Shown here: positions 8,529 to 18,342 of the stretch, in pieces
How the letters are laid out: every line of letters starts with the position of its first letter
Numbering within the stretch: position 1 is the first letter of the stretch
From: Candidatus Uhrbacteria bacterium
GTDB lineage: Bacteria; Patescibacteriota; Patescibacteriia; UBA9934; GWF2-40-263
NCBI GenBank assembly: GCA_016219925.1
Contig: JACRJU010000013.1
Location: forward strand, 180,472-244,471
Length of the DNA: 64,000 nt
Direction: 5' to 3'
Program-made: the position numbers and the translations under genes
Notes under the pieces: model-generated
What the model was told of the DNA's origin: nothing
Databases searched by the model: none
Seen by the model: only the letters and a program-made list of their open reading frames with translations

Positions 8529-9008
8529 ATGCTCGGCATCAATGCCAAAATTCTTTTGGCTCAATTGGTCAACTTTCTTATTGTGCTTCTGGTTTTGTGG
8601 CGATGGGTATATCGGCCCATGGTGAAATTGCTTGATGAACGCAGTGCGCGCATCGAAGCCAGCATGAAGCATGCCGATGAGATTGATGCGAAAATGGCGG
8701 CGATAGAAAAAGAACAACAGCGATTGGTCGGACAAGCCAAAACAGAAGCCGCGGCCATTTTAGAATCCTCTCGACAAGATGCTGAACGTCGAAAAAAAGA
8801 AATGATTGATGCGGCGAAGCAGGAGGTGCAGAGTGTTGTCGCTCAAGGAAAGGATCAGCTTCAAGCGCAAAAACACCAGATGATTCACGAGGCAAAAGAG
8901 GAGATTGTGGAGATCGCCATTCAGGCGGCCCAGAAAGTTTTACAGGAACAGATTGATGAGAAAATCTCTCATAAACTTTCCGAGCGTGTGATCAAACAAC
9001 TTTCTTAA
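8529..9008 (+). CDS. atpF: F0 ATP synthase subunit b
   Basis: One N-terminal transmembrane helix followed by a long charged coiled coil. The start is set at MLGINAK by analogy with canonical b subunits (the ORF tool starts at 8376). Confidence 0.7.
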   Translation: MLGINAKILLAQLVNFLIVLLVLWRWVYRPMVKLLDERSARIEASMKHADEIDAKMAAIEKEQQRLVGQAKTEAAAILESSRQDAERRKKEMIDAAKQEVQSVVAQGKDQLQAQKHQMIHEAKEEIVEIAIQAAQKVLQEQIDEKISHKLSERVIKQLS

Positions 9009-9011
9009 GGT

Positions 9012-9395
9012 ATGCGCGATATCCTTATTCAACTCGCCAGCGAGCTTGTGGAACGGCTGGAGAAAAAAACGGCTGATGCCGATCAGGTTGCGGATGCCGT
9101 CATTCGGTTGTTGGCACAGCGTGGTCAGCTCTCCTTGGTTCGCGAACTTCCCGAAGCCATCGAGCGCGTGTGGAAAGAGCGATATGGGGCGGCAACGATT
9201 TCCGTTCAAAGCGCCCATCCGCTCACCGCGGCCCTGCGCAAGCAAATCGAGGCACTTGCTCCGGGGGCGGAACTGCGCGAAACCGTTGATACTAAATTGA
9301 TCGGGGGAATGCGCCTGCGCATTGACGATCGCATCATTGATGGATCTATCGCCGGTCATCTTGATCAACTACGCACGCAGTGGAAAGCGAGCTAA
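9012..9395 (+). CDS. atpH: F1 ATP synthase delta subunit (short, 127 aa)
   Basis: The C-terminal motif [26 protein letters not shown] is diagnostic of delta/OSCP. The N-terminal domain is shortened. Confidence 0.75.
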   Translation: MRDILIQLASELVERLEKKTADADQVADAVIRLLAQRGQLSLVRELPEAIERVWKERYGAATISVQSAHPLTAALRKQIEALAPGAELRETVDTKLIGGMRLRIDDRIIDGSIAGHLDQLRTQWKAS

Positions 9396-10912
9396 TGTTC
9401 AATCCTATGGCAACAAAAACAGAAATTTTGGACGCTCTCAAAAAATCGCTCGAGCATTTTCACGCGGAAGCAAAGGAAGAGCATGTCGGCACCGTTATCG
9501 CGGTGGGCGATGGCACGGCGCGTATGACCGGGCTTTCCCAAGCACGCGCTTCCGAAATGCTTGAATTTCCCGGAGGCATCTACGGCGTCGCTTTGAACCT
9601 GGAGCAAGACGGGGTTGGCGCCGTTATTTTGGGTGATGCTTCTGCCATCAAAGAAGGCGACACAGTGAAATCAACCGGCCGTATTCTTTCCATTCCCGTT
9701 TCTGATGCGGTGCTCGGTCGTGTGCTTGATCCTTTGGGAAATCCGATTGACGGCAAAGGAAAATTAACGGCAACGAAGTTTTATCCGATTGAAAAAATCG
9801 CGCCGGGCGTGATGACGCGTAAAGGCGTTGGCGTGCCTTTGCAAACAGGAATTAAGGCGATTGATTCGATGATTCCGATCGGCCGCGGCCAGCGCGAGCT
9901 CATCATCGGGGATCGTCAAACCGGTAAGACCGCTATCGCCATTGATACGATCATCAACCAAAAAGGATTGGGGGTGAAATGTATTTATATTGCGGTCGGA
10001 CAAAAAGAATCGAAGATTGCGAAGATCGTCGCGCGCCTCGAGGAGTCCGGTGCTATGGAATACACCACGGTGGTGGTGGCTGGCGCGTCCGATCCAGCTT
10101 CGCTTTCTTACATCGCGCCATTTGCCGGATGCACCATTGGAGAATATTTCATGGAAAAAGGAGAAGATGCACTTGTCATTTACGACGATTTGTCCAAACA
10201 GGCCTGGGCCTACCGCGAAATTTCGCTTTTGCTTCGCCGCCCGCCGGGTCGCGAAGCCTATCCCGGCGATGTGTTTTATCTTCACTCACGATTGCTTGAG
10301 CGCGCGGCTCGTTTGAATGAAGAGAACGGCGGCGGATCGCTCACAGCGCTTCCCATCATTGAAACGCAAGCCGGCGATGTCTCGGCCTACATTCCAACAA
10401 ATGTCATTTCTATTACCGATGGACAGATTTATCTGGAATCCGATTTGTTTTATCGCGGGATTCGTCCGGCGCTCAATGTGGGATTGTCTGTTTCCCGCGT
10501 CGGTTCTTCGGCGCAAACCAAGGCCATGAAAAAAGTGGCGGGAAAATTACGCTTGGATCTCGCGCAATTCCGCGAACTCGAAGCGTTTGCCCAGTTCGCA
10601 ACCGATCTTGATCCTCAAACGCGCGCGCAGATCGAGCGCGGCCGTCGCACCACCGAACTGCTCAAACAGCCTCAATATCAACCGATGCCATTTGAACAAC
10701 AGGTCACGGTGCTGTTTGCGGTAACTCAAGGGTTGATCGATCAGATTCCTGTTGACCAAATGACCGTTTGGGAAAAAGCGTTCCACGCGTATATGCTTTC
10801 TTCAGGGGCTGAAACGCTTAAGAAATTGCGGGAAGAGAAGGAAATCACCGATGAGATTGAGGTCTTGTTGAAAAAGGATATTGCGAATTTTAACGAAACA
10901 TTCACTTCATAA
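9395..10912 (+). CDS. atpA: F1 ATP synthase alpha subunit
   Basis: Walker A GDRQTGKT and strong global similarity to AtpA. TAATG overlaps the atpH stop. Confidence 0.9.
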   Translation: MFNPMATKTEILDALKKSLEHFHAEAKEEHVGTVIAVGDGTARMTGLSQARASEMLEFPGGIYGVALNLEQDGVGAVILGDASAIKEGDTVKSTGRILSIPVSDAVLGRVLDPLGNPIDGKGKLTATKFYPIEKIAPGVMTRKGVGVPLQTGIKAIDSMIPIGRGQRELIIGDRQTGKTAIAIDTIINQKGLGVKCIYIAVGQKESKIAKIVARLEESGAMEYTTVVVAGASDPASLSYIAPFAGCTIGEYFMEKGEDALVIYDDLSKQAWAYREISLLLRRPPGREAYPGDVFYLHSRLLERAARLNEENGGGSLTALPIIETQAGDVSAYIPTNVISITDGQIYLESDLFYRGIRPALNVGLSVSRVGSSAQTKAMKKVAGKLRLDLAQFRELEAFAQFATDLDPQTRAQIERGRRTTELLKQPQYQPMPFEQQVTVLFAVTQGLIDQIPVDQMTVWEKAFHAYMLSSGAETLKKLREEKEITDEIEVLLKKDIANFNETFTS

Positions 10913-10918
10913 TTTCCT

Positions 10919-13175
<2,257 letters not shown>

Positions 13176-13220
13176 ACCGGTCTATAATAATCATCAAAGC
13201 GGGTCCTGTCGCACGCCGGC

Positions 13221-13358
13221 CAGTGGGGGCCCGGCTGGCCATTTTCCCATCCGTGCTCGCAAGCTGCGCGCGGATGGGTGCCCCATGGCCGCCTCCCCAC
13301 TGGCCGTGACGGCTTATTCATTCGCAATGCGACTTTATTGCCTGAGCCTGTCGAAGGC
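13221..13358 (+). repeat. GC-rich extended-hairpin repeat, family 1, copy 2
   Basis: About 90% identical to 6601-6738, with the same orientation and nested stems. Confidence 0.8.
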
Positions 13359-13470
13359 AATGACGATCCCTCCGACACGGTTTTTGTCAGAACCACTGGT
13401 CTCGCAGTTTCTCCTTTCGTTTCTCTTTATCCCCCGAGCTTGTCGAGGGGGGTGCACGTAGCATCTGAAA

Positions 13471-13541
13471 GCGATTTGTAACCATGTCGGAGGGAACGAC
13501 GGCGATGAGTCCGTCGGCCCGGAGACATGGTTACAAATCGC
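13471..13541 (-). repeat. Structured hairpin repeat, family 2, copy C (inverted orientation)
   Basis: An 18-bp stem (GCGATTTGTAACCATGTC / GACATGGTTACAAATCGC) closes a loop that is the reverse complement of the conserved loop. Confidence 0.8.
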
Positions 13542-13555
13542 TTCCCATTCAACAT

Positions 13556-13993
13556 ATGCCTCTCTCGCTCAAAATTGTGACCCCGGAACGCGTGGTCTTT
13601 GAAGACACGGTTGATTCGGTGACGGCGACGACACAGATGGGTGAAATCACCATTTTGCCGCATCATATTCCCCTTGTTGCGAATCTTCAGGCGGGCGAAC
13701 TTCGGGTTCGATCCAACGGGGACGAGCAATTTTTGGTGGCGTCGACCGGTTTTTTGGAAGTGCGGAGCGGTAATGAAGTGGTGATTTTAGCGGATACCGC
13801 TGAACGGGTGGAAGAATTAGAACTTGAAAAAATCGAAGATGCGCGCGAACGGGCTCGTCAGCTGCTTGAAGAAAAACGTCACATCGATGATGTGGCTTTT
13901 GCCGATGCCGCAGCCGTGTTAGAGCGCGAATTAGCGCGCTATCGCGTGGCCATCAAACGAAAAAAATACCGCGATGTCGGTAAGACAAGCTAA
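13556..13993 (+). CDS. atpC: F1 ATP synthase epsilon subunit
   Basis: MPLSLKIVTPERVVFEDTVD matches the beta-sandwich N-terminal domain plus a helical C-terminus. The ORF-track N-terminal extension runs through the repeat and is rejected. Confidence 0.8.
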   Translation: MPLSLKIVTPERVVFEDTVDSVTATTQMGEITILPHHIPLVANLQAGELRVRSNGDEQFLVASTGFLEVRSGNEVVILADTAERVEELELEKIEDARERARQLLEEKRHIDDVAFADAAAVLERELARYRVAIKRKKYRDVGKTS

Positions 13994-13998
13994 CTTCT

Positions 13999-14790
13999 AT
14001 GTCTTTTGAAACTATGAGTATGGAGCACGAACACGAAGCTTTTGAAAAAGAAAAATCCTGGAAAGATCAAGACGCCATGATTCAGCAAATTCTGCAAGAG
14101 GGCATGCAGGCATACGTTACCGAATTAGAGGATGCCGAACAGGCTTTTGAAACCAGCGAGCACACCCTCTGTTGTATTGATGAAGGGGTTCCCGCGGGTG
14201 ATATGCGAAGCGCTGGCTCCGGGATCTTACTTGTAGGAGCCGATCGCGCGGCGTTTATCGAAGAACTGAAAAAGGCTGGAGTGAAAGAAGTCACAAGCCA
14301 TGTCGGTTGTGGAGCCGCGGCGCTTTATCGTGAACAAAGGGGACTGACCGATCAGACCGTTGACGACGTGGCAATGGAAGGAGCGCGGCGTATGGCTGAA
14401 GAACTCGGGGTTCCATATAAGGGACACATTAACCAGCTTAGACGTCCCAAAGAATTTCATCATGCCCGTGTCGTGTATGTGGATGGAACAGGTGTCTTCA
14501 ATCCGGACAGCGTTAAAGGTTTGCCACAGGGGTTCGTGGTCAGCGAGGCGTATATGACATCCACGCAGGCCGCTTCAGAGGTTGGTCTTGCGGCGAGCAT
14601 TGCTCTGGGAGATCATGGTTTTGGGAAAAAGTTTACAAATGAGTCGCCGTTGTTGGTCGTTTTGGTTGGGGATGAATTTTCCGATGAACTGGTTGGTGAG
14701 CTTCAAAAAACTTTGCGTGACAAACCGATCAAAATGGAAGTCTGGAAGCGTCCAGTGAAACAAGAAGTTGAACTTCCGAAGGCCGCATAG
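13999..14790 (+). CDS. Hypothetical protein, host-GC paralog of the two island-2 proteins (C-x-D / HxxCGAA motif family)
   Basis: Starts 5 nt after atpC. Carries LCCIDEG, SAGSGILLVGAD and SHVGCGAAALY, which align with the motifs of the 14876-15490 and 15694-16230 products. Confidence 0.55.
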   Translation: MSFETMSMEHEHEAFEKEKSWKDQDAMIQQILQEGMQAYVTELEDAEQAFETSEHTLCCIDEGVPAGDMRSAGSGILLVGADRAAFIEELKKAGVKEVTSHVGCGAAALYREQRGLTDQTVDDVAMEGARRMAEELGVPYKGHINQLRRPKEFHHARVVYVDGTGVFNPDSVKGLPQGFVVSEAYMTSTQAASEVGLAASIALGDHGFGKKFTNESPLLVVLVGDEFSDELVGELQKTLRDKPIKMEVWKRPVKQEVELPKAA

Positions 14791-14808
14791 GCCTTCTTTT
14801 TTTTTCTC
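14778..14808 (+). terminator. Intrinsic terminator closing the atp operon
   Basis: GAAGGCC-GCATA-GGCCTTC followed by T12. Confidence 0.75.
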
Positions 14809-14837
14809 TTGACGGTTATCTTCACTTCAGGTAATAT
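14809..14837 (+). promoter_or_regulatory. Promoter of island-2 gene C
   Basis: TTGACG, 17 nt, TAATAT. Confidence 0.5.
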
Positions 14838-14875
14838 TTTACACCGTTCGTTCAACCCACAACCACAGGTGAGCC

Positions 14876-15490
14876 ATGGGACGATTGTCCACGTTTGACA
14901 GGGAAGTGATTGGCATCCTTCGAGAGGAGAACGTCCTGCAAGACGGCGAAGCGCACCTGCTTGAGTCGCCCACGGGTGTGATCGTGGTGGCCTGTTCGGA
15001 CGGCGACCAGATGCCGGACATCTTCGACCACTATCGGGACCTCGCGCGGGCGGGGGAATGGCCCGTGCGCCCGCACATGCTCTGCCTGCACGGTGGAGCC
15101 ATGCTGATCGCGCCCGACTGCCCGCTCTACCGCGCGTTCCACGTGGACGAACTGCTCCTTCAGCACATCCGCGAGGCCGAGGGACTCGACCTCAAGGGGA
15201 TCGGCACGGTCGTGCTCTACGTGCATGCCCCCTGTGGCGCGGCCGGCTTGGCGAACCTGACGGTCGTCAACCAGCTCGACATGCTCATGCGCGCCAAGGC
15301 TCGCGTCAAGGCGATCGATATGACCAATAGGGTCATCTGTTTCGTCCACGTCGACTACGGCAACGAGGGCAACGGAAGCCATAGACGTCGCACGTACTTC
15401 ATGTCCGCGGCGGGCTGGGCCGAGTTCTGGAACCGTCAGGGCCACGAGTTGTGGGGGCGCTTACTAGGTTTTCCTGTGTCGGCGAGTTGA
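14876..15490 (+). CDS. Hypothetical protein, paralog family member C (high-GC island 2)
   Basis: Motifs VVACSDGD, HGGAMLIAPD and HAPCGAAGL. GC3-rich frame. Confidence 0.6.
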   Translation: MGRLSTFDREVIGILREENVLQDGEAHLLESPTGVIVVACSDGDQMPDIFDHYRDLARAGEWPVRPHMLCLHGGAMLIAPDCPLYRAFHVDELLLQHIREAEGLDLKGIGTVVLYVHAPCGAAGLANLTVVNQLDMLMRAKARVKAIDMTNRVICFVHVDYGNEGNGSHRRRTYFMSAAGWAEFWNRQGHELWGRLLGFPVSAS

Positions 15491-15504
15491 ACAAACACCT
15501 CCTG

Positions 15505-15531
15505 ACCGTTCCTGCGAAGGGCGGTTTTTTT
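15505..15531 (+). terminator. Putative terminator between the island-2 paralogs
   Basis: Imperfect GC hairpin ccgttcctgcgaagggcgg followed by T7. Confidence 0.4.
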
Positions 15532-15619
15532 ATATCATCCAGATGTCATCCCAAGCGAGTTTGAAGAGAGCCGAAGGATTTTTCTAAATGGCTGAAAAAG
15601 AGTTATCAGCCCATCGGGA

Positions 15620-15648
15620 TTGACAAGATTGTGTAAAGTGCGTAAACT
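15620..15648 (+). promoter_or_regulatory. Promoter of island-2 gene D
   Basis: TTGACA, 17 nt, TAAACT, then AGGAGG 6 nt before the ATG at 15694. Confidence 0.5.
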
Positions 15649-15693
15649 CGTCGAGAGCTGTGCACCAACCGCACAGTCTAACGGAGGAGAATC

Positions 15694-16230
15694 ATGACCT
15701 TGCAAGATCTCGTGTCTCGTGGTGTGCTCGTGCCTCGGACGGTGCGCGAGAAGAACACCAAGCCGGTCGTCGTCGTCTGCGACAGCGAGACGGTCATCGA
15801 GGGGCTGTGCGACAAGCGCGTTTCTCGGCGCGTGATCGCGAACGTCGCCGGGGTGCTCGTCGGCACCCCCGAGAGCGATCTCCAGTCCGAGATCGGCGTC
15901 GATCCGGACAAGGTTCTGTACGAACCTCTCCAGATTGCCTTCTCCAACGGGCACCGGTACATCCTGCTGGTCGTAAACCCGGACGCGGTCTGGGGGATCA
16001 TGAGTGAGATGACCAACGTCGAGCTCATTGACCACATGATGCAGGTCGCTCGCGAGATCCGGGAGCGGATGCCCCACTTCGAACTCGACTGCGTCGTCGT
16101 CAAGGGAACGAACTACGGGGAGGTCTACACGGTCAACCCCGAGGCTTGGACGCGGTTCTACGCGACGTACGAGACGCGCGTGCTCGGTCGCCAGGATGAC
16201 GGGCTGGAGCTCGTCCCCGCCACCGTCTGA
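15694..16230 (+). CDS. Hypothetical protein, paralog family member D with degenerate His/Cys motif (high-GC island 2)
   Basis: Aligns with gene C (VVVVCDSE, VAGVLVGTPE, YILLVVNPDAVWG, CVVVKGTNYGE) but lacks the HxxC pair. Confidence 0.6.
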   Translation: MTLQDLVSRGVLVPRTVREKNTKPVVVVCDSETVIEGLCDKRVSRRVIANVAGVLVGTPESDLQSEIGVDPDKVLYEPLQIAFSNGHRYILLVVNPDAVWGIMSEMTNVELIDHMMQVAREIRERMPHFELDCVVVKGTNYGEVYTVNPEAWTRFYATYETRVLGRQDDGLELVPATV

Positions 16231-16344
16231 CGCCTCGCGTCTTCACTCATGGCACCTTCGCGACTTCTTCTACTGCACCCGTCGTCCTCCGGGTGCCTTT
16301 TTTATATTTTTTTTAATAGTCTCGCCAGCTAATCATTCATGAAA

Positions 16345-16415
16345 CAGATTTGTAACCATGTCTCTGGGCCAACGGACTCATCGCCGTTGTTCCCTCCGAC
16401 ATGGTTACAAATCTG
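16345..16415 (+). repeat. Structured hairpin repeat, family 2, copy D
   Basis: An 18-bp stem (CAGATTTGTAACCATGTC / GACATGGTTACAAATCTG) closes the conserved loop. It sits between convergent genes. Confidence 0.8.
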
Positions 16416-16437
16416 TTTTATAAAAAAACATCCATTC

Positions 16438-16980
16438 TCACGGATGCAGAATGCGGATGCGCAGACGGATGTGACTGCGCTTGGGGTTGCCGATGTAGAT
16501 CGAGTCGTAGTCCTGGAGCTCGACGTACACGTCACGCATCAGCGGCCGGGCCTTGGGTGCGCCGGTGCGCCGATGATACGTCGTGTGGCGGTCGGACATC
16601 GTACGCAGGCAAGGTTTGTCGTCCCGGCGTTCGATCACGGCCTGGATGCGCGAGAGCGTACGCTCTGCGTTCAGGCCAACCAGGAGCGGGAGCAGATCGA
16701 CTTCTGGCACGATGGGAGGAACGGTGGTGTCGTCCTTGCGACCGATGCGAAGAGGCGGGTCTCCCGCCGATTCCAGATCGAAGGTAAACGAGATCGGCAC
16801 ATCGCCTGCAACCAGCTCTCGATCACCCACCTGTTCAACGATGATCTCCATGGTGGCAACGGGCTGTTGCACAGCGACGATCGCCTTTGGTTGCGACGGG
16901 GGGGACAGGGGACTCCCATCCTGATCGCACACGAGCGTGCCGTTCTTGAAGTGCTTGCCGCATGAGGGGCAGGTGATCAT
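16438..16980 (-). CDS. Zinc-ribbon plus FHA-domain protein (high-GC island 3)
   Basis: N-terminal CPSCGKHF...C ribbon. FHA signatures: IGRKDD, LSRIQAVIERR, the HTTYHRRTG beta-turn and L.DYDSIYIGN. The ATG overlaps the vWA stop (ATGA). Confidence 0.6.
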   Translation of the reverse strand: MITCPSCGKHFKNGTLVCDQDGSPLSPPSQPKAIVAVQQPVATMEIIVEQVGDRELVAGDVPISFTFDLESAGDPPLRIGRKDDTTVPPIVPEVDLLPLLVGLNAERTLSRIQAVIERRDDKPCLRTMSDRHTTYHRRTGAPKARPLMRDVYVELQDYDSIYIGNPKRSHIRLRIRILHP

Positions 16981-18254
16981 GGCTTCTCCTCATCCGTTCC
17001 ACTGTGTTGCGGAAAGTGCATGGTGTGAACCACGCTGACCGAACCGCCCGTGAGCGTTTCGCTTCCGCGATCGACTGCGGCGCGGCTGTGCGTTCCACGC
17101 GCGAGGTGATCGACCATGGTGCGCAAGGCAGTGGCTGTGGCATGGTCGCCGGCACGTTCGTAGACGACCGAGGCGCCATTGAGGTCGCCGCGATCAGCCA
17201 TCTCCGCCCCGGCCATGTGTTGGGCGACCCTGATCACTTCTGGGTCGGGTTCGGTCTGTGCGGCCTCGTCCCACGTGAACGTTGCGTCGACAGAGAGGTC
17301 GCAGGTGAACGAATTGCCGCTCGAACCGGCTTCCGTGCCGGCAAGCGACAGCTTCAGGATTGGGTGAGTTCCGGGTTCCGGTGTCCCGACCTCGATCTCG
17401 AAGTAGTACTGCTGACCCCGCGCGCGATCGAGCGCGCCCGACGCATCGGTAAACGCGCCGTCTTGGCCGACGTTGAGCGGGCGCTGCTGGGGCATGAAGC
17501 GGGCCGCACGGATGAGGCTCGTCCCTTGCGAGATCTGTCCGGAGACGACCAGTCCTCGGACTCCGACCCCGCGCAGGAAGCCGACCTCGGAGCGGAGGTG
17601 ATCGAGCAGTTCGTCTGCTTGCATCACATGCTTGAGGAACGACCCGTTGCCGGCGCGAACCGCGAGTTGCTGCAGCAGGGCGAAGTTGTAGTCACCGCCG
17701 GTGCCGTAGACGAGCATCGGCAAGCCGTAGTCGCGCGCCCGATCGGCGCTCTTGACCAGTTGCTGGTGGTCTTGGTGGACGTTCACCGTGCTCTCGCCGT
17801 CGGTGAACAGGACGAGCCGCGTCTCGAAGCGGATATCGGGGCGTGTGATGGCTTCCTCGACGCCGCCGGAGATGAACGTGTCGCCTTCCGCCTTGATGGC
17901 CGCGATGAGAGCGCGCGCGTGACTGTGAACCTTATAGTCCATGTTCGTGCTGGGCAGATCAAGATCGTGGAAGTCGGCGAACGTGATGAGCGCGAGCCGA
18001 TCCTTCGGACCAAGATCGCCGATCAGCTCACGCAGGGCAAGCCGCACGGCCTCGATCTTTCTGCCCTCCATTGAGCCGGAACGGTCGATGACCAGGCGCA
18101 GGTCGATCGGCGGAGCGTTGGGGTTGGTGGTCGCGGGACGAATGTCCACGAACACCGGCACGACAACAGGACCCCCGTCGATGTGTGTGACTTCACGACC
18201 CAGATGCACGGTTACATGCACGTGAGTCAACTTGTGAACGAGCTGGGTACCCAT
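16977..18254 (-). CDS. von Willebrand factor A (vWA) domain protein with MIDAS motif (high-GC island 3)
   Basis: LVIDRSGSMEG (DxSxS), LITFADF and LFTDGES. GGAGG lies 5 nt before the ATG. The minus-strand promoter is TTGACA, 17 nt, TAACGT. Confidence 0.7.
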   Translation of the reverse strand: MGTQLVHKLTHVHVTVHLGREVTHIDGGPVVVPVFVDIRPATTNPNAPPIDLRLVIDRSGSMEGRKIEAVRLALRELIGDLGPKDRLALITFADFHDLDLPSTNMDYKVHSHARALIAAIKAEGDTFISGGVEEAITRPDIRFETRLVLFTDGESTVNVHQDHQQLVKSADRARDYGLPMLVYGTGGDYNFALLQQLAVRAGNGSFLKHVMQADELLDHLRSEVGFLRGVGVRGLVVSGQISQGTSLIRAARFMPQQRPLNVGQDGAFTDASGALDRARGQQYYFEIEVGTPEPGTHPILKLSLAGTEAGSSGNSFTCDLSVDATFTWDEAAQTEPDPEVIRVAQHMAGAEMADRGDLNGASVVYERAGDHATATALRTMVDHLARGTHSRAAVDRGSETLTGGSVSVVHTMHFPQHSGTDEEKP

Positions 18255-18342
18255 GGGAACCTCCGTGGAGTGGGTGCACGGACGTTAGGTCATTTTAGCC
18301 TTTTTGTCAACCCGTTGATGAGCCGGTATACTGAACGTCTTG

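Noticed and set aside
14876-16230. Assigning the island-2 paralogs as beta-carbonic anhydrases, on the basis of the CxD...HxxCG motifs.
   Set aside because: Cys-to-His spacing (42-77 residues) is inconsistent across the paralogs and differs from beta-CA (about 56-60). The third paralog also lacks the His/Cys entirely. The resemblance is kept as a remark only.
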